NCBI RefSeq assembly: GCF_030028105.1
Contig: NC_092379.1
Coordinates: forward strand, 46,052,150 to 46,116,149
Direction of reading: 5' to 3'
DNA: 64,000 nucleotides
Origin: Mobula birostris
Lineage: Eukaryota
Numbering within the stretch: the first letter of the stretch is position 1; each line of letters opens with the position of its first letter. A program made the translations under genes and the position numbers. Below the pieces are notes generated by a model. It searched no databases. It saw only the letters and a list, made by a program, of their open reading frames with translations, and was not told the origin of the DNA. Positions 38,690 through 48,946 of the stretch are shown here, piece by piece.

Positions 38690-41160
38690 TTTAACTTGGG
38701 TTATACAGTTACTCGTATGTTTGTTTGTGGGTCACATTAACTGTAAATAGGGTATATAATAATGACCTCCACCATCAGTATGTTACTGGGTGATTCTCAC
38801 ATCGGGTCATACAGGCCAGTCTGTTTTTGTGCTTGTTGCAATAAAGATGGCTGATGAGCTAAAGGAGCTGTTCTCGTCTGTCACCGAATGGTCGCCGCAT
38901 TGGGATCAGGAGTGGGATTAGAAATTGTCGGCGAGATTGAAGAGCTACGGCATCGGATGGAGCGCCTTAAAACCCGGGGACTAAGCCAAGGGACTGAGCA
39001 GTATGTCAACCCCGCTACTCCGGACTGGGCTCCCGAAGATGGGACACCGATCTGGAGGACCTAGGAACTGAGAATAATGCCTTTCTCAGGAACCCCGGTG
39101 GGGCGAGCGTAGCCAGGCTCCCGAACACGGGGGCATAGCGGAGCACATCCCCCACCTCCCTCTTGGACCGCACCGGGGGATCAAAGGTAACGCAGCAATG
39201 GGAGGTCGGGCAATATAACAGGTACCAACGACACCAATGGAGGAAGAGGAAGACCAACAGGCCTCAGTTTTCACGGAACATAGTCTTCCCTGAAGATCCT
39301 CAGATAGAATGCTACCAGCCGCCTAGAGCCTTACCTGATGTTCAAACTTGCAGCATGGCACAATGTGGAGCCCCACCAGAACGGCGGTGGACCTTGTCCT
39401 GGCACTGGAGGGGGACGCCCCGCGGGCCCTGCTCGACCTAACGCCGGCTGAGCAGCATGACTATAGGGCTATCCAAGCAGCGCAGGAGCTGCGTTTCAGG
39501 CAGAGGCAATTGGAGGAAACAATGAGAGCACAACTAGGCAGCAGGTGGCGCAGTGTAGGAGAAAGCCTGGAGGACGTTCGTAGCAGATCTCCGCCACTAT
39601 GCTCGTCATGACTAACCCCAGTTCCTGCCCAAGAAGAGCTTGCCCTCCACGCCTTTGGAAAGGCGCTCAAGCCAGAGCGTCTTCGGCAGCATGTTCCCCT
39701 GACATCACCATCATCGCTGGCAAAGGCAAAAAGGCGAAGAAACTTCACTCCCCGAAGGCATTCTAGTGTCACCCGGCACGCCGCGAGGCTGGGCTTATGT
39801 CAACGAGGTGGAGGAGGAAACGGACGAAGAGGAGCCTGTGACACAGTTCCGATCAGCACCGCGCAGGCCCCACGGCGTGCGACGGAGTGGTCTCTGCTAT
39901 AGGTATGGCGAGGCAAGCTATCTGACTAGGGATTGCTCCGCCGCAGTTCCACGCCATAGCCCAGCGCAGCAAGCCGGCGCCGCTTGACACCTCCAGCAGA
40001 ATCCTGTGGTTGTCGCCTCTCTGGGTGGGACATTTGGGTGAAGAACAAGGCTTTTGCGTGGACTGCGCGGTAGAGGGCATCAGAGATCTTGCGTTGGTGG
40101 ACACGATGTCAATCCTCACCATTACCTATCCGGGTTTCCTCGCAACACGGCCCATCCACCCTGCCTGGGTCGACAACCACGCCGGTTCGGCGGGCTACGG
40201 TTACTGACAACTGTGCGGCGCTGAGAGGGAAGAGGTGGCTGCGCATCGCAGTGGGGAAAACACAGTAGAATACGAGGTGCGTATGGCTGACATCCGGGAG
40301 TCCTGCCTCATTGGCCTGGACCTGCTGTCACGCTGCGGGGCGCGCGTGGATGTACTGGGGGCAATGCTCTAATTCGGCGCCGAAGCCGTGGTGCTCCGGC
40401 AGGACACCTTCAGAACGCGGACCCGGCGGGGTCAGCACAAAGCACCACGGTCTCATCGCGACCCTCCACAGCGAGCAGGTGAGCGATCCTCTGCTGGTCC
40501 GAGTAAAGGGATTGCTGAGCATGGAACGATGGCCGGAGTGGGCAGAGTTCTCCGCCCTGGATCTAGAGATTAAAGCCCTATTCTCTCAGTGGGCACGCCG
40601 GAGAAGCGGGATGGGCTGCTGTTCTGGCGGTGGCCACGGTGTTACAGTCTGTGCACGGGCTGGTGGGGCAGGCCGTTTTGGGGTCGCCAAGACGTTGGGC
40701 AAGTTGCGCGAAAGCTTCTATTAGCCAGTGGGCAGGCAGGACGTGGAGCTGTTCGTTCACTACAAAGATGCTTGCACGTGCCAGAAGGAGCCGGAGTCAG
40801 TCTAGGGCGCCAATGCAGCAGTACCAGGTGGAGGCCCCGGTATGGGTCTACTACCGCAGCTGGAGGAAGAGACTATCTCCCAAGATTGTAGTCCAATAGA
40901 AGGGGCCGGTAGAGCTGCTCGACTGCATCTCCGATGTGGTATACCGAGTGCGGTTGCCTGAGTGGCCGAAGCCAGTCGTCCCGAACCGGCTCCGGCTGGC
41001 ACTAGCTTGGGTCGTACAGTTATTTGCATGTGTGTTTGTGGGTCACAGTGACTGTAACCAGGGTATGTAATAATCACCTCCCCGTCTGCATGTGACTGAG
41101 TGGGTTTCTCCCCGTATCATAGCGCCCGGTGCTTGTACCAGTAAACTCGGCTGTTGAATT
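38690..41160 (+). mobile_element. Old, internally deleted Gypsy element (gag, protease, partial integrase; diverged LTR-like ends)
   Basis: Gag with eroded knuckle CYRYGEASYLTRDC, protease LVDTMS, integrase (G)RFGVAKTLGKLRESFY and VWVYY..KRLSPKI; similar segments at ~38715-38860 and ~41026-41160. No RT found. Confidence 0.65.
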
Positions 41161-42331
41161 AAACGAGCTTAACGAACTTTTTTTTTTTTCGTTTGTCATC
41201 ATGGATCAAATGCTCGCCACTATATATATGATCACTATCATTGGAGGTTCAGGAACGGAACAACATTAGTGATGTACTTGCAAGCAGAACCATCAATCAA
41301 CTACTACACTCTGTCTTCAGTAGGCAACACAATCATGAATCCAAACGGCCAAGTCACCATGGATAGCATGCTTCTTAATCTTCTGTACGGATCTCCCATG
41401 AGTGGCTTTCTCGCATATCTCCCTAAAACCCACGAAGACATATTCTGACTCTTTACCTTTATCAATCATCTCCATCATCTTCTTGAAACCTTCAATACTG
41501 ATACTAAGCGATTACCTGCCTCGCACAAAGCTAAACTGACGACACCTAATTAAGCTATGCTTTTCCAAATGCTCATAAATTCTATTTCTAAGAATCCGCT
41601 ACATCAGTTTCCCTACCACTGACAATAAAACCCACCAATCTATTATTTCCAGATTAACGCCATTTCCATTCCAAATAAAGGAACAACATCCCCCCCGCCC
41701 CCCTCCCACTCGCAACAGCTTCTTCCCTCAGGGTGTGAGAATAATAAATACCCAACCAACACCTATATATCGTCTCTAGGGCAGCGGACTGCTTACTGCA
41801 CTGTTTACTATTTATCTGCGCTCCGCATTACTACATACATCTTGAATTATAATTTACTAACTTATTTATAGTATACTTTGGTGTTTTGTGTGTGTGTGAT
41901 ATATGTTGTGTGGATGCACCGTCGTCCGGAGGAACGTTACTTCGCTTGGTTGTCTCTATGTACACTCAAATGACAATAATCTAACTTCAAACTGAACTTG
42001 TACAAATATGTTGGTCATGGCGTCAGCAATCACCATTCTCGCCTTTCTCTAGAATATTTCAATAGGCCTGCAAACACTTCAAAACGAATGATTTTAAAGG
42101 GATTCCTAATCTCAAAATGTCCTGCCAAATTAGCATGCTCGAACTCTGGTCTCACTACCGTCTAATTCTCTCCCCTTGGTAAAAACATATGCAAAGTGCA
42201 CTTTAGGACTGAACGTTCATAATCGCTCTCCAAAACCATGCTTCCTACTTTATCCGTGAATGGTTCTATCCTCCGCCGAGTTATCTTTGTTTCTTGAGGT
42301 ATGTATCCGATTTGCCAAAATATGGTGTGTT

Positions 42332-42387
<56 letters not shown>
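42332..42387. repeat. Compound microsatellite (TC)n(CA)n
   Basis: Seen directly in the sequence. Confidence 0.97.
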
Positions 42388-42389
<2 letters not shown>

Positions 42390-42533
42390 CCTCTCACTCT
42401 CCTAATTTTCTTATTGAGAGTTTTCTCGCTTATTTATATTTTTTCAGTATCACTGTTCGATTTTATCTCCCTAAACCTTAAGCATGCTTTCTTTATCTTC
42501 TTGACTAAATTTGCCACTTCGGCCGCTATCCAC

Positions 42534-43285
42534 TGTAGCCCCTCCACTGGCCACCCTCAGGGTCGCTCGGCTCGCTGTCGTCTAGGGAAACAGCCTCGGC
42601 CCCGGCAAACTGGGTAATTCGTTTGTGTGGATGCTGCGTGAGGTACCCCACCCGAACAAATAACAGACAATACACCAGATGCAATTAAATGATATACAGT
42701 TTATAGATATTACTGGAACTATATAACTGAAAGAGAATGAAATATAAAAGGAAAATAAAAGGCACCACACTTATCAAAGTTCAACCTCTTCGCGCACAAA
42801 AACCGTTGGAGCTCAAGGAATACACATCAAAGTTGCTGGTGAACGCAGCAGGCCAGGCAGCATCTCTAGGAAGAGGTGCAGTCGACGTTTCAGGCCGAAA
42901 CCCTTCGTCAGGAGCTCAAGGACCTTCTTCTTGACCCTGCGACCCCCTCGGACCACCTCGACCGGCCGCCTGGGACCAACAACGGTGGTCGACCAGACGC
43001 TCCACACTAGTCCGTCTCCGTCTCCTCGCCGAACGTCCCGCTCGGGGTCCGACCCCGTTAGCGGACTCACAGCACCTCGTCCATCATCTGTCTTGCTCTC
43101 CCGCCTTCTGCCCCCAAACCCCGCGCATACAGTATCTTCAAATACTCCAAAACCATAACAACTATCCCAATTGGTTAATAGCACTTTCTTATCACACTCA
43201 CAAAACCGCATTCCCCAGATTAACATAACAAAGACGCCATTTTAATTAACCTCCGCAGTTACATAAAAGTCGAAACCCCTTTACA
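42534..43285 (-). repeat. 3' LTR (includes a 103-bp nested insertion)
   Basis: TGTAG...TTACA, a direct repeat of 45944..46594. Confidence 0.9.
42820..42910 (-). mobile_element. 91-bp truncated Penelope-type tail inserted in the LTR with a 12-bp TSD
   Basis: Flanked by GGAGCTCAAGGA at 42808..42819 and 42911..42922; absent from the other LTR. Confidence 0.88.
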
Positions 43286-43297
43286 CTCTCCCCCCAC
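43286..43297 (-). other. Polypurine tract (GGTGGGGGAGAG) next to the 3' LTR
   Basis: The + strand reads CTCTCCCCCCACC immediately after the LTR end. Confidence 0.8.
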
Positions 43298-43555
43298 CAA
43301 ATAAAGTCATGTCCTCATGACTTCTAAATAACTCGCCAATCAGTCCTGCAGACACACAACACACACATACACAGATACACACAGTGACAGTGCTCCCCAA
43401 ACAGTGGACCTTACTCCCGTCCCACAGGCGCTACATAGGCCAACCTATCTGGGAGCTTCTTAACCCTCTGAGACCTCTGTATCCCCTCACCTAAACCCAA
43501 TAGGCTCAGGCACTACTAGGGATACCTCGGGCCTGCTTGCCAACTCCTCTCTCAC

Positions 43556-45157
43556 TCAGGCCACCACTACAGCTCGGAGCCCCCTGTACCGTATGCGGGG
43601 CCCCACCTCTCCTCCTTCCTGATCCTGCCGTAACTCAGACTGTCCACAACTAGCCCTCCCCACTACACCTGACTCAGTGGGAGAAGGGCCAAAGATCTCT
43701 TCCTCAATCACGGGGAAGTTAGCGAAAGGCAGCATGTACCACATGTGCAGCACATCATCCTTCGAATCCGTATCCTTCCTCATTTCTTTGATCGGTAGGT
43801 GCTGTTTGAGTTTCTCCAAACTGAAACATTTAGCCGGGGCTATCCCTTCAGCCTCCCGCAGTCGAGACGTCAGCTTCTTCGGGGACTCCTTCAACTCTCG
43901 CCACAGCCTCAGCAGTTCTGACTCAAGGTTCCTGGCCATGTCAATCTGGGACGCAGTTACCCCAGCAGCTTCTTCCACACTGACCTGAAAAGCAGCAGTT
44001 AAAGAATGTTCAGCCTCCGGTTGTTTCTTCCTGATAGTCATCTTCAGGTTCCGTTCAAACGTCCGCCTCCCTTTTCCGAGATCTGTCCTCCAGTTCTTTA
44101 CCTCCTCGGGAGTGTAGCCAAACTCCCCTTCCTGGGCTCTCGGTTTTCTGTTGACCTCAGTCAGAACACTTCCTTGATCTTCCCCAACTTGCAAGTCTTC
44201 CAATCTGTTTTGAATCGACGTCTTGAGTTTCTGATGATCCCTTCGAAGGTGGGTCATTGTTTCTTCTCGCTGGATTAATTCGTCAGTATATGACCGCAAT
44301 GCGGTGCAAATCCCCTCTCTTCCCTGTGTCTCATTCAGATTGACGACCTGGGTTTCCATCCCCCGGTCCACCACCGTCTGTCCCAACACCAGGAAGTTCA
44401 ATTGGTATGTCGGGTCATTTTCTTCACATTGCACCAAACTCCTCCGGCCAAAAACTCCTCCACATTTGACACTTCGCTTCGATCGACCGGGCTCAGCCAC
44501 TCGCCTCGCCTCATAGTCCCCCCAGGCGAATCCAAGCTCTAGATGGTCATCCACATACGTCAAAACTCCACACACCTTCACTTCCCCCATGGTCTTCCTC
44601 ATGCCCCGCGGAAAGGATGCAGGGGCTCCGGATACGCCCTTGGGAATCTTTTCGGATTGGAAGAATCCTAGGGAACTAGTAAAGGCCATCTTCAGCTCAA
44701 CAGCCGCACTCCTCAGGATCTGGCAACATCCACCCCTCAGATGCAGCACATTAAACCACATCGCACAATCCACACACACGCTGCCTTCATCTTCCACGCC
44801 GCTGGGGTCCAGTTGCCGCGACCTCTCTCTCACTGAGGTGTCTTCAGCGGTCAACTCCCCTCCCTCGTGGTAGTTCGGAGCATCTACTAAGAGGGTCTCA
44901 CCTTCAGCTACTTTCCCCAAGCCGTACCACGGCTGGGTCTCGTTTAAATTCGGTACTGGCTCAAGGCTGCTACACACGTCCTCAGAAGCAACTCGACACG
45001 CTGGGTGCCCAGAAAATGCCTCCATGACCTCCAGAGTCATTAACCAATCATCGTCTTCTGGATAACTACTGCCACTAGCACCCAAGGTCTCCGGTGCCCT
45101 TGCGGTTGTCAAGGATAAATGCTTCGGACACCGGTTGTAAAACGAACTGTACAACAA
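43556..45157 (-). CDS. 533-codon open frame of the LTR element: protease tail, eroded RT, then helical/coiled-coil-like region
   Basis: WFNVLHLRGGCCQI...LGFFQSEKIPKGVSGAPASF...LTYVDD is a degenerate RT; it is in frame with the upstream protease remnant ATLDPGA across two TAG codons. Starts at TTG, so translation is unproven. Confidence 0.5.
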   Translation of the reverse strand: MLYSSFYNRCPKHLSLTTARAPETLGASGSSYPEDDDWLMTLEVMEAFSGHPACRVASEDVCSSLEPVPNLNETQPWYGLGKVAEGETLLVDAPNYHEGGELTAEDTSVRERSRQLDPSGVEDEGSVCVDCAMWFNVLHLRGGCCQILRSAAVELKMAFTSSLGFFQSEKIPKGVSGAPASFPRGMRKTMGEVKVCGVLTYVDDHLELGFAWGDYEARRVAEPGRSKRSVKCGGVFGRRSLVQCEENDPTYQLNFLVLGQTVVDRGMETQVVNLNETQGREGICTALRSYTDELIQREETMTHLRRDHQKLKTSIQNRLEDLQVGEDQGSVLTEVNRKPRAQEGEFGYTPEEVKNWRTDLGKGRRTFERNLKMTIRKKQPEAEHSLTAAFQVSVEEAAGVTASQIDMARNLESELLRLWRELKESPKKLTSRLREAEGIAPAKCFSLEKLKQHLPIKEMRKDTDSKDDVLHMWYMLPFANFPVIEEEIFGPSPTESGVVGRASCGQSELRQDQEGGEVGPRIRYRGLRAVVVA

Positions 45158-45921
45158 CTAGATCTATGCCCCGGGGTCGAGGGTAGCTTTAGCATCGCTT
45201 CCGTCTATCCATAGCGACACCCTGGGGCGTTGTCCCTCTAAGCCTTCAGAAATAGGGTCTTCTCCTTTCCCAGAAAAGTACATTGGTACATTGCTGGGAA
45301 CGTGCTTCCCCAGAGACCCCAAGCCGTTCCCCCACTGGGCCTCCACTAAATTTCCCGACACTTCTCTGATCAGCTGAACAACTCGAGAAGGGGCTGATCC
45401 CCTGAAATGATCCCCCTGGCACTGCAAGCAATTTAGCCGCCCTCCTAGCCAGAGAAGACACACTGAAAACTCCCCCCACCCCTTTCAAATAACTAACAGC
45501 TGTCACTACGGTGTAAGTGAACCTGACAGCTTTAACACCGTCACCAGCCCGCCTACTCAAACTTTCAACCAATTCCTGTCGCTCTCCTTCAACCGAGCAC
45601 TACCTAGCAACTGAGAGATCCGTTCCGCCCACGTCTCGCACGCCTCCACCCCTCTTGGGGTGGACACTATCCCAAGTGCCAGGCGGAGCCTGCCACAGCT
45701 GGAACATTTATTCGCAGACCCTACCTCCAAATCAGACCACTCTTTCCTCTCTCTCCCAACCGCATGGGCAGCCCAGAGTGCCACCTCCAACTCGTCAATG
45801 CCAGTCTGAACTCGAACAAAGACCTCACCCACAACGCATACAGCAATCACCAGCAAATAACCCACAGAAACACACGTTACAGATTTAAACAGGGCACCCA
45901 CACATCATACCAGCAGACTCA

Positions 45922-45940
45922 ATCCTGGACAAAGCCCACA
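45922..45940 (-). other. Degenerate tRNA-Pro primer-binding site
   Basis: Minus strand TGTGGGCTTTGTCCAGGAT versus canonical TGGGGGCTCGTCCGGGAT, 3 nt from the LTR end. Confidence 0.6.
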
Positions 45941-45943
45941 CAA

Positions 45944-46594
45944 TGTAACCCCCTCTGGCCACCCTCAGGGTCGCTCGGCTCGCTGTCGTCTAGGGAAACA
46001 GCCTCGGCCCCGGCAAACTGGGTAATTCGTTTGTGTGAATGCTGTGTGAGGTACCCCACCCCGCCCAAATAACAGACAATACACCAGATGCAATTAAATG
46101 ATATACAGTTTATAGATATTACTGGAACTATATAATTAAAAGGGAATAAAATATAAAAGGAAAATAAAAGGCGCCACACTTATCAAAGTTCAATCTCTTC
46201 GTGCACAAAAACCGTTGGAGCTCCAGGACCTTCTTCTTCACCCTGCGCCCCCTCGGACCACCTCGACCGGCCGCCTGGGACCGACAACAGTGGTCGACCA
46301 GACGCTCCACACTAGTCCGTTAGCGGACTCACAGCGCCTGGTCCATCCTCTGTCTCGCTCTCCCGCCTTCTGCCCCCAAACCCCGCGCATACAGTATCTT
46401 CAAATACACCAAAACCATAACAACTATCCCAATTGGTTAATAGCACTATCTTATCACACTCTAAAGCAAAAACAAGCTGCTAGCGCAAACTTTCTCAGCG
46501 TTTAACACAACAAAGCCGCATTCCCTAGATTAACATAACAAAAACGCCATTTTAATTAGCCTCCGCAGTAACATAAAGGTCGAAACCCGCTTAA
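45944..46594 (-). repeat. 5' LTR
   Basis: TGTAA...TTAA (terminal CA eroded), a direct repeat of 42534..43285. Confidence 0.9.
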
Positions 46595-47385
46595 TCCACT
46601 GTTCCTTATAAACTATAGATTCCATTAAAATTATGTATTTTATGCATATCGGCTACCCTCAGAAGTTGATCATTTATCATATTCATTGCCCATCTTCTTC
46701 TCCCTTTGACATCATTATGGAAAATGGTTCGTAGTTTGCCACGTTGTTCGAATTTGACAAATCCCTTCACAATGAACAATCTGATAGGATCTTCGTCCCT
46801 AAATCCATCTCCCTTCTGTCTTCTGATCAGAAATGACCGGATTACTACCCTAAATTAGACAGATCTGTGTTCTTTACACCGTAAGTCTTTCTGTCTAGTC
46901 GTGTTCCTCCAGTATCTTGTGTGTTACTTCATTGCTATCCACGCACATTGCATGCGAAGTCTCGAAACCACAATTAAAAATAAACTTCGGTTCAGATTTT
47001 GTTACTACGTCTGGGATCAGATTCATGCTGACAACCAGTGGTGAATAGAGGAAGCAAAATAGGGAGACAGGGATGCGTTCAGTTTGTCTGCATCATTAGG
47101 AATAATCTTTAGTTATTCATGGTGATGAACTGAATTGGTTTCAGAGTATTTTCTGTGTCATGATGACCTTCAGACTTTTATCATATTTTTGCGAAGCTCT
47201 CTCCATATAACAGAGCAAAGAGAAGTACGTTCAGTACGACGGAAGGAAGCAATGAAGATCTTTCTCTAAATTTCTATCCATACATTCACGTTAATGCGTC
47301 ATATATTTTACCGATGTAATTATGGGATATAATGCATATCATTATCCAAGCTGTAATCGTAGTAAATGTGCAGTCATTCTGCATT

Positions 47386-47393
47386 ATGCAAAT
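47386..47393 (+). promoter_or_regulatory. Ig octamer ATGCAAAT (Oct-1/Oct-2 site) of the V promoter
   Basis: Perfect octamer in heavy-chain orientation, 124 nt upstream of the leader ATG and ~20 nt upstream of a TATA-like box. Confidence 0.8.
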
Positions 47394-47412
47394 GAAGCCA
47401 GACTCTCGAAGC

Positions 47413-47418
47413 ATATAA
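47413..47418 (+). promoter_or_regulatory. TATA-like box (ATATAA)
   Basis: Lies between the octamer and the leader ATG at the usual Ig promoter spacing. Confidence 0.6.
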
Positions 47419-47509
47419 AGACGTTGCTCCTCCACAAGGTTGCACAAACAACCTGCGCTGATGTGTGGAACCTTCTCTGTTTAGCAGGTTTTCAGGTCGT
47501 GAAGGAACG

Positions 47510-47552
47510 ATGAATATTTTATGTGTTTCGATATTTTTGACCTGGCTGCCAA
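47510..47552 (+). CDS. IgNAR: IgNAR leader exon (MNILCVSIFLTWLP, phase 1)
   Basis: Resembles IgNAR leaders (MNIFLLSVLLAWLP); GTAAGT donor at 47553; splices in frame to the V exon, giving ...WLPNAFS|VSVEQTP. Confidence 0.9.
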
Positions 47553-47680
47553 GTAAGTGCAGTTCAGTTTTAAACCGAATAATGGTTACTATATTGCCGT
47601 TGCTTCCACAAATTTCATTTTATGTTAAATCTTGTGCTGCTTCAGATATGCGATGATTAAATATGTTTTCCTTCCTTCAG

Positions 47681-47952
47681 ATGCCTTCAGTGTATCGGTA
47701 GAACAGACACCAAGAGAAGCAATAAAACAACCAGGCGAAACTCTGACCATCAACTGTGTTTTAAAAGATGCTAACTGTAGCCTGCATAACACATCATGGT
47801 TCATCCAAAGACCGAGTCAATCGTGTTGGGATAGGCTGTCTATTGGAGGACGATATGCGGAATCAGTCAACAACACAACAAAGTCCTTTTCCCTGCAGAT
47901 CAGCAACCTAATTGTTGAGGACACGGCCACGTATTTCTGTAATGCTCAAGAC
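47681..47952 (+). CDS. IgNAR: IgNAR V segment (VNAR), germline, unrearranged
   Basis: Acceptor TTCCTTCAG; VEQTPREAIKQPGETLTINCVLKDANCSLHNTSWF...GGRYAESVNNTTKSFSLQISNLIVEDTATYFCNAQD. Canonical Cys/Trp/Cys and the short VNAR FR2 without CDR2. Confidence 0.95.
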
Positions 47953-47990
47953 CACAGTAAAGAAGCTGAGCACACGCCAATTCAAAAAGT
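47953..47990 (+). promoter_or_regulatory. V 3' recombination signal sequence (22-nt spacer)
   Basis: CACAGTA + 22 nt + TCAAAAAGT directly after the V coding end. Confidence 0.9.
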
Positions 47991-48185
47991 TTGAAAATCT
48001 TTCACGCGAGAATCTCTGACTGCTTCATTCTTATGGAAAAGAAAATTACTGAGCAGCAGTTGATTCCGCTGTAGAGCAGGCGTACATTAATACTAGGTTG
48101 GTGACGGTCACAATGCCGCTTATATCCAAGCGGACACAATTGGAGCTGCAGCGTGAGTATTCTCCCAGAGTTATGTAAATGGAGA

Positions 48186-48263
48186 CCTTATTGCTATTGA
48201 ATCAACCACTGTGCCAAGCGCAAACCACAGTGATGAATCTTCAGGCCCCTTCATGCACAAATC
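48186..48263 (+). other. IgNAR D1 segment (coding 48214..48225 CCAAGCGCAAAC) with 12- and 22-spacer RSSs
   Basis: CCTTATTGC-12-CACTGTG | 12 nt | CACAGTG-22-GCACAAATC. Confidence 0.88.
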
Positions 48264-48575
48264 GCCTCGGCAGTTATTAATGTGAAATTAATGTAAAATA
48301 TTCCTTTAGGGACTAAAACTGCTTTCTGACAAAGATTCTTTATCTCTGCCAGAGACTGGTACACAAAACATAGCCTTGCTCTATATGTTTGCACAATTGC
48401 AATACATATGTGGTAATCATATTAATAACTAAGCCTTGATATTATCTACCTGGCTGAGAACTATTATCGACGGGATTTAAACAAGCCAGTGCAACCATTT
48501 AATTCATGTCCCCTACCATCCTATCGTGGACGTATGGGATTATCTGACGGATTTATACGCTATTTACAACAGTGA

Positions 48576-48643
48576 GGATATTGTGCTCATGTGAACTGAT
48601 GTGCAACAACAGTGCCACAGTAGTCTAAGCCATAGCACAAACC
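48576..48643 (+). other. IgNAR D2 segment (coding 48604..48615 CAACAACAGTGC) with 12/12 RSSs
   Basis: GGATATTGT-12-TGATGTG | 12 nt | CACAGTA-12-GCACAAACC. Confidence 0.85.
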
Positions 48644-48946
48644 TCCGAGACAGTTTTATTTTTTTAAGCTCATCTATTTGCAAAAGGGATTACAAAATAT
48701 GCCTTTACGTGCATGGATGTTACTCAACATAGTTTTTCAAACAATTTCACTTCTCCTTTAGGTTGAATTCTACCTACAGTCCCTGGTAATCAAACAGCGA
48801 AATTCCAGTTTTATTGTCATATACGCTTACAGTGCACTGAATAAATACAAGGGCGGGTGAAACTGAAGGAAATGGAATATATTGGTCAGCCCTTCGTTCC
48901 TGGATTATTGTGGAAAGCCTCCGTCTACATTTCAGTTTTAATGATT

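Larger units (their letters stand above)
42534..46594 (-). mobile_element. Complete non-autonomous Gypsy-type LTR retroelement (~4.06 kb; PNMA-like gag lineage)
   Basis: Two LTRs, TSD TCCAC (42529..42533 and 46595..46599), tRNA-Pro-like PBS, PPT, and degenerate gag, protease and RT motifs inside. Confidence 0.88.

Noticed and set aside
48100-48140. CACAATG at 48109 as the heptamer of an extra D
   Set aside because: No nonamer at 12 or 22/23 nt and no opposing 5' heptamer.
48330-48420. ACACAAAAC (48361) and ATATGTG (48406) as RSS parts of a third D
   Set aside because: No heptamer at the correct spacing from the nonamer-like word, and no 3' heptamer after ATATGTG.
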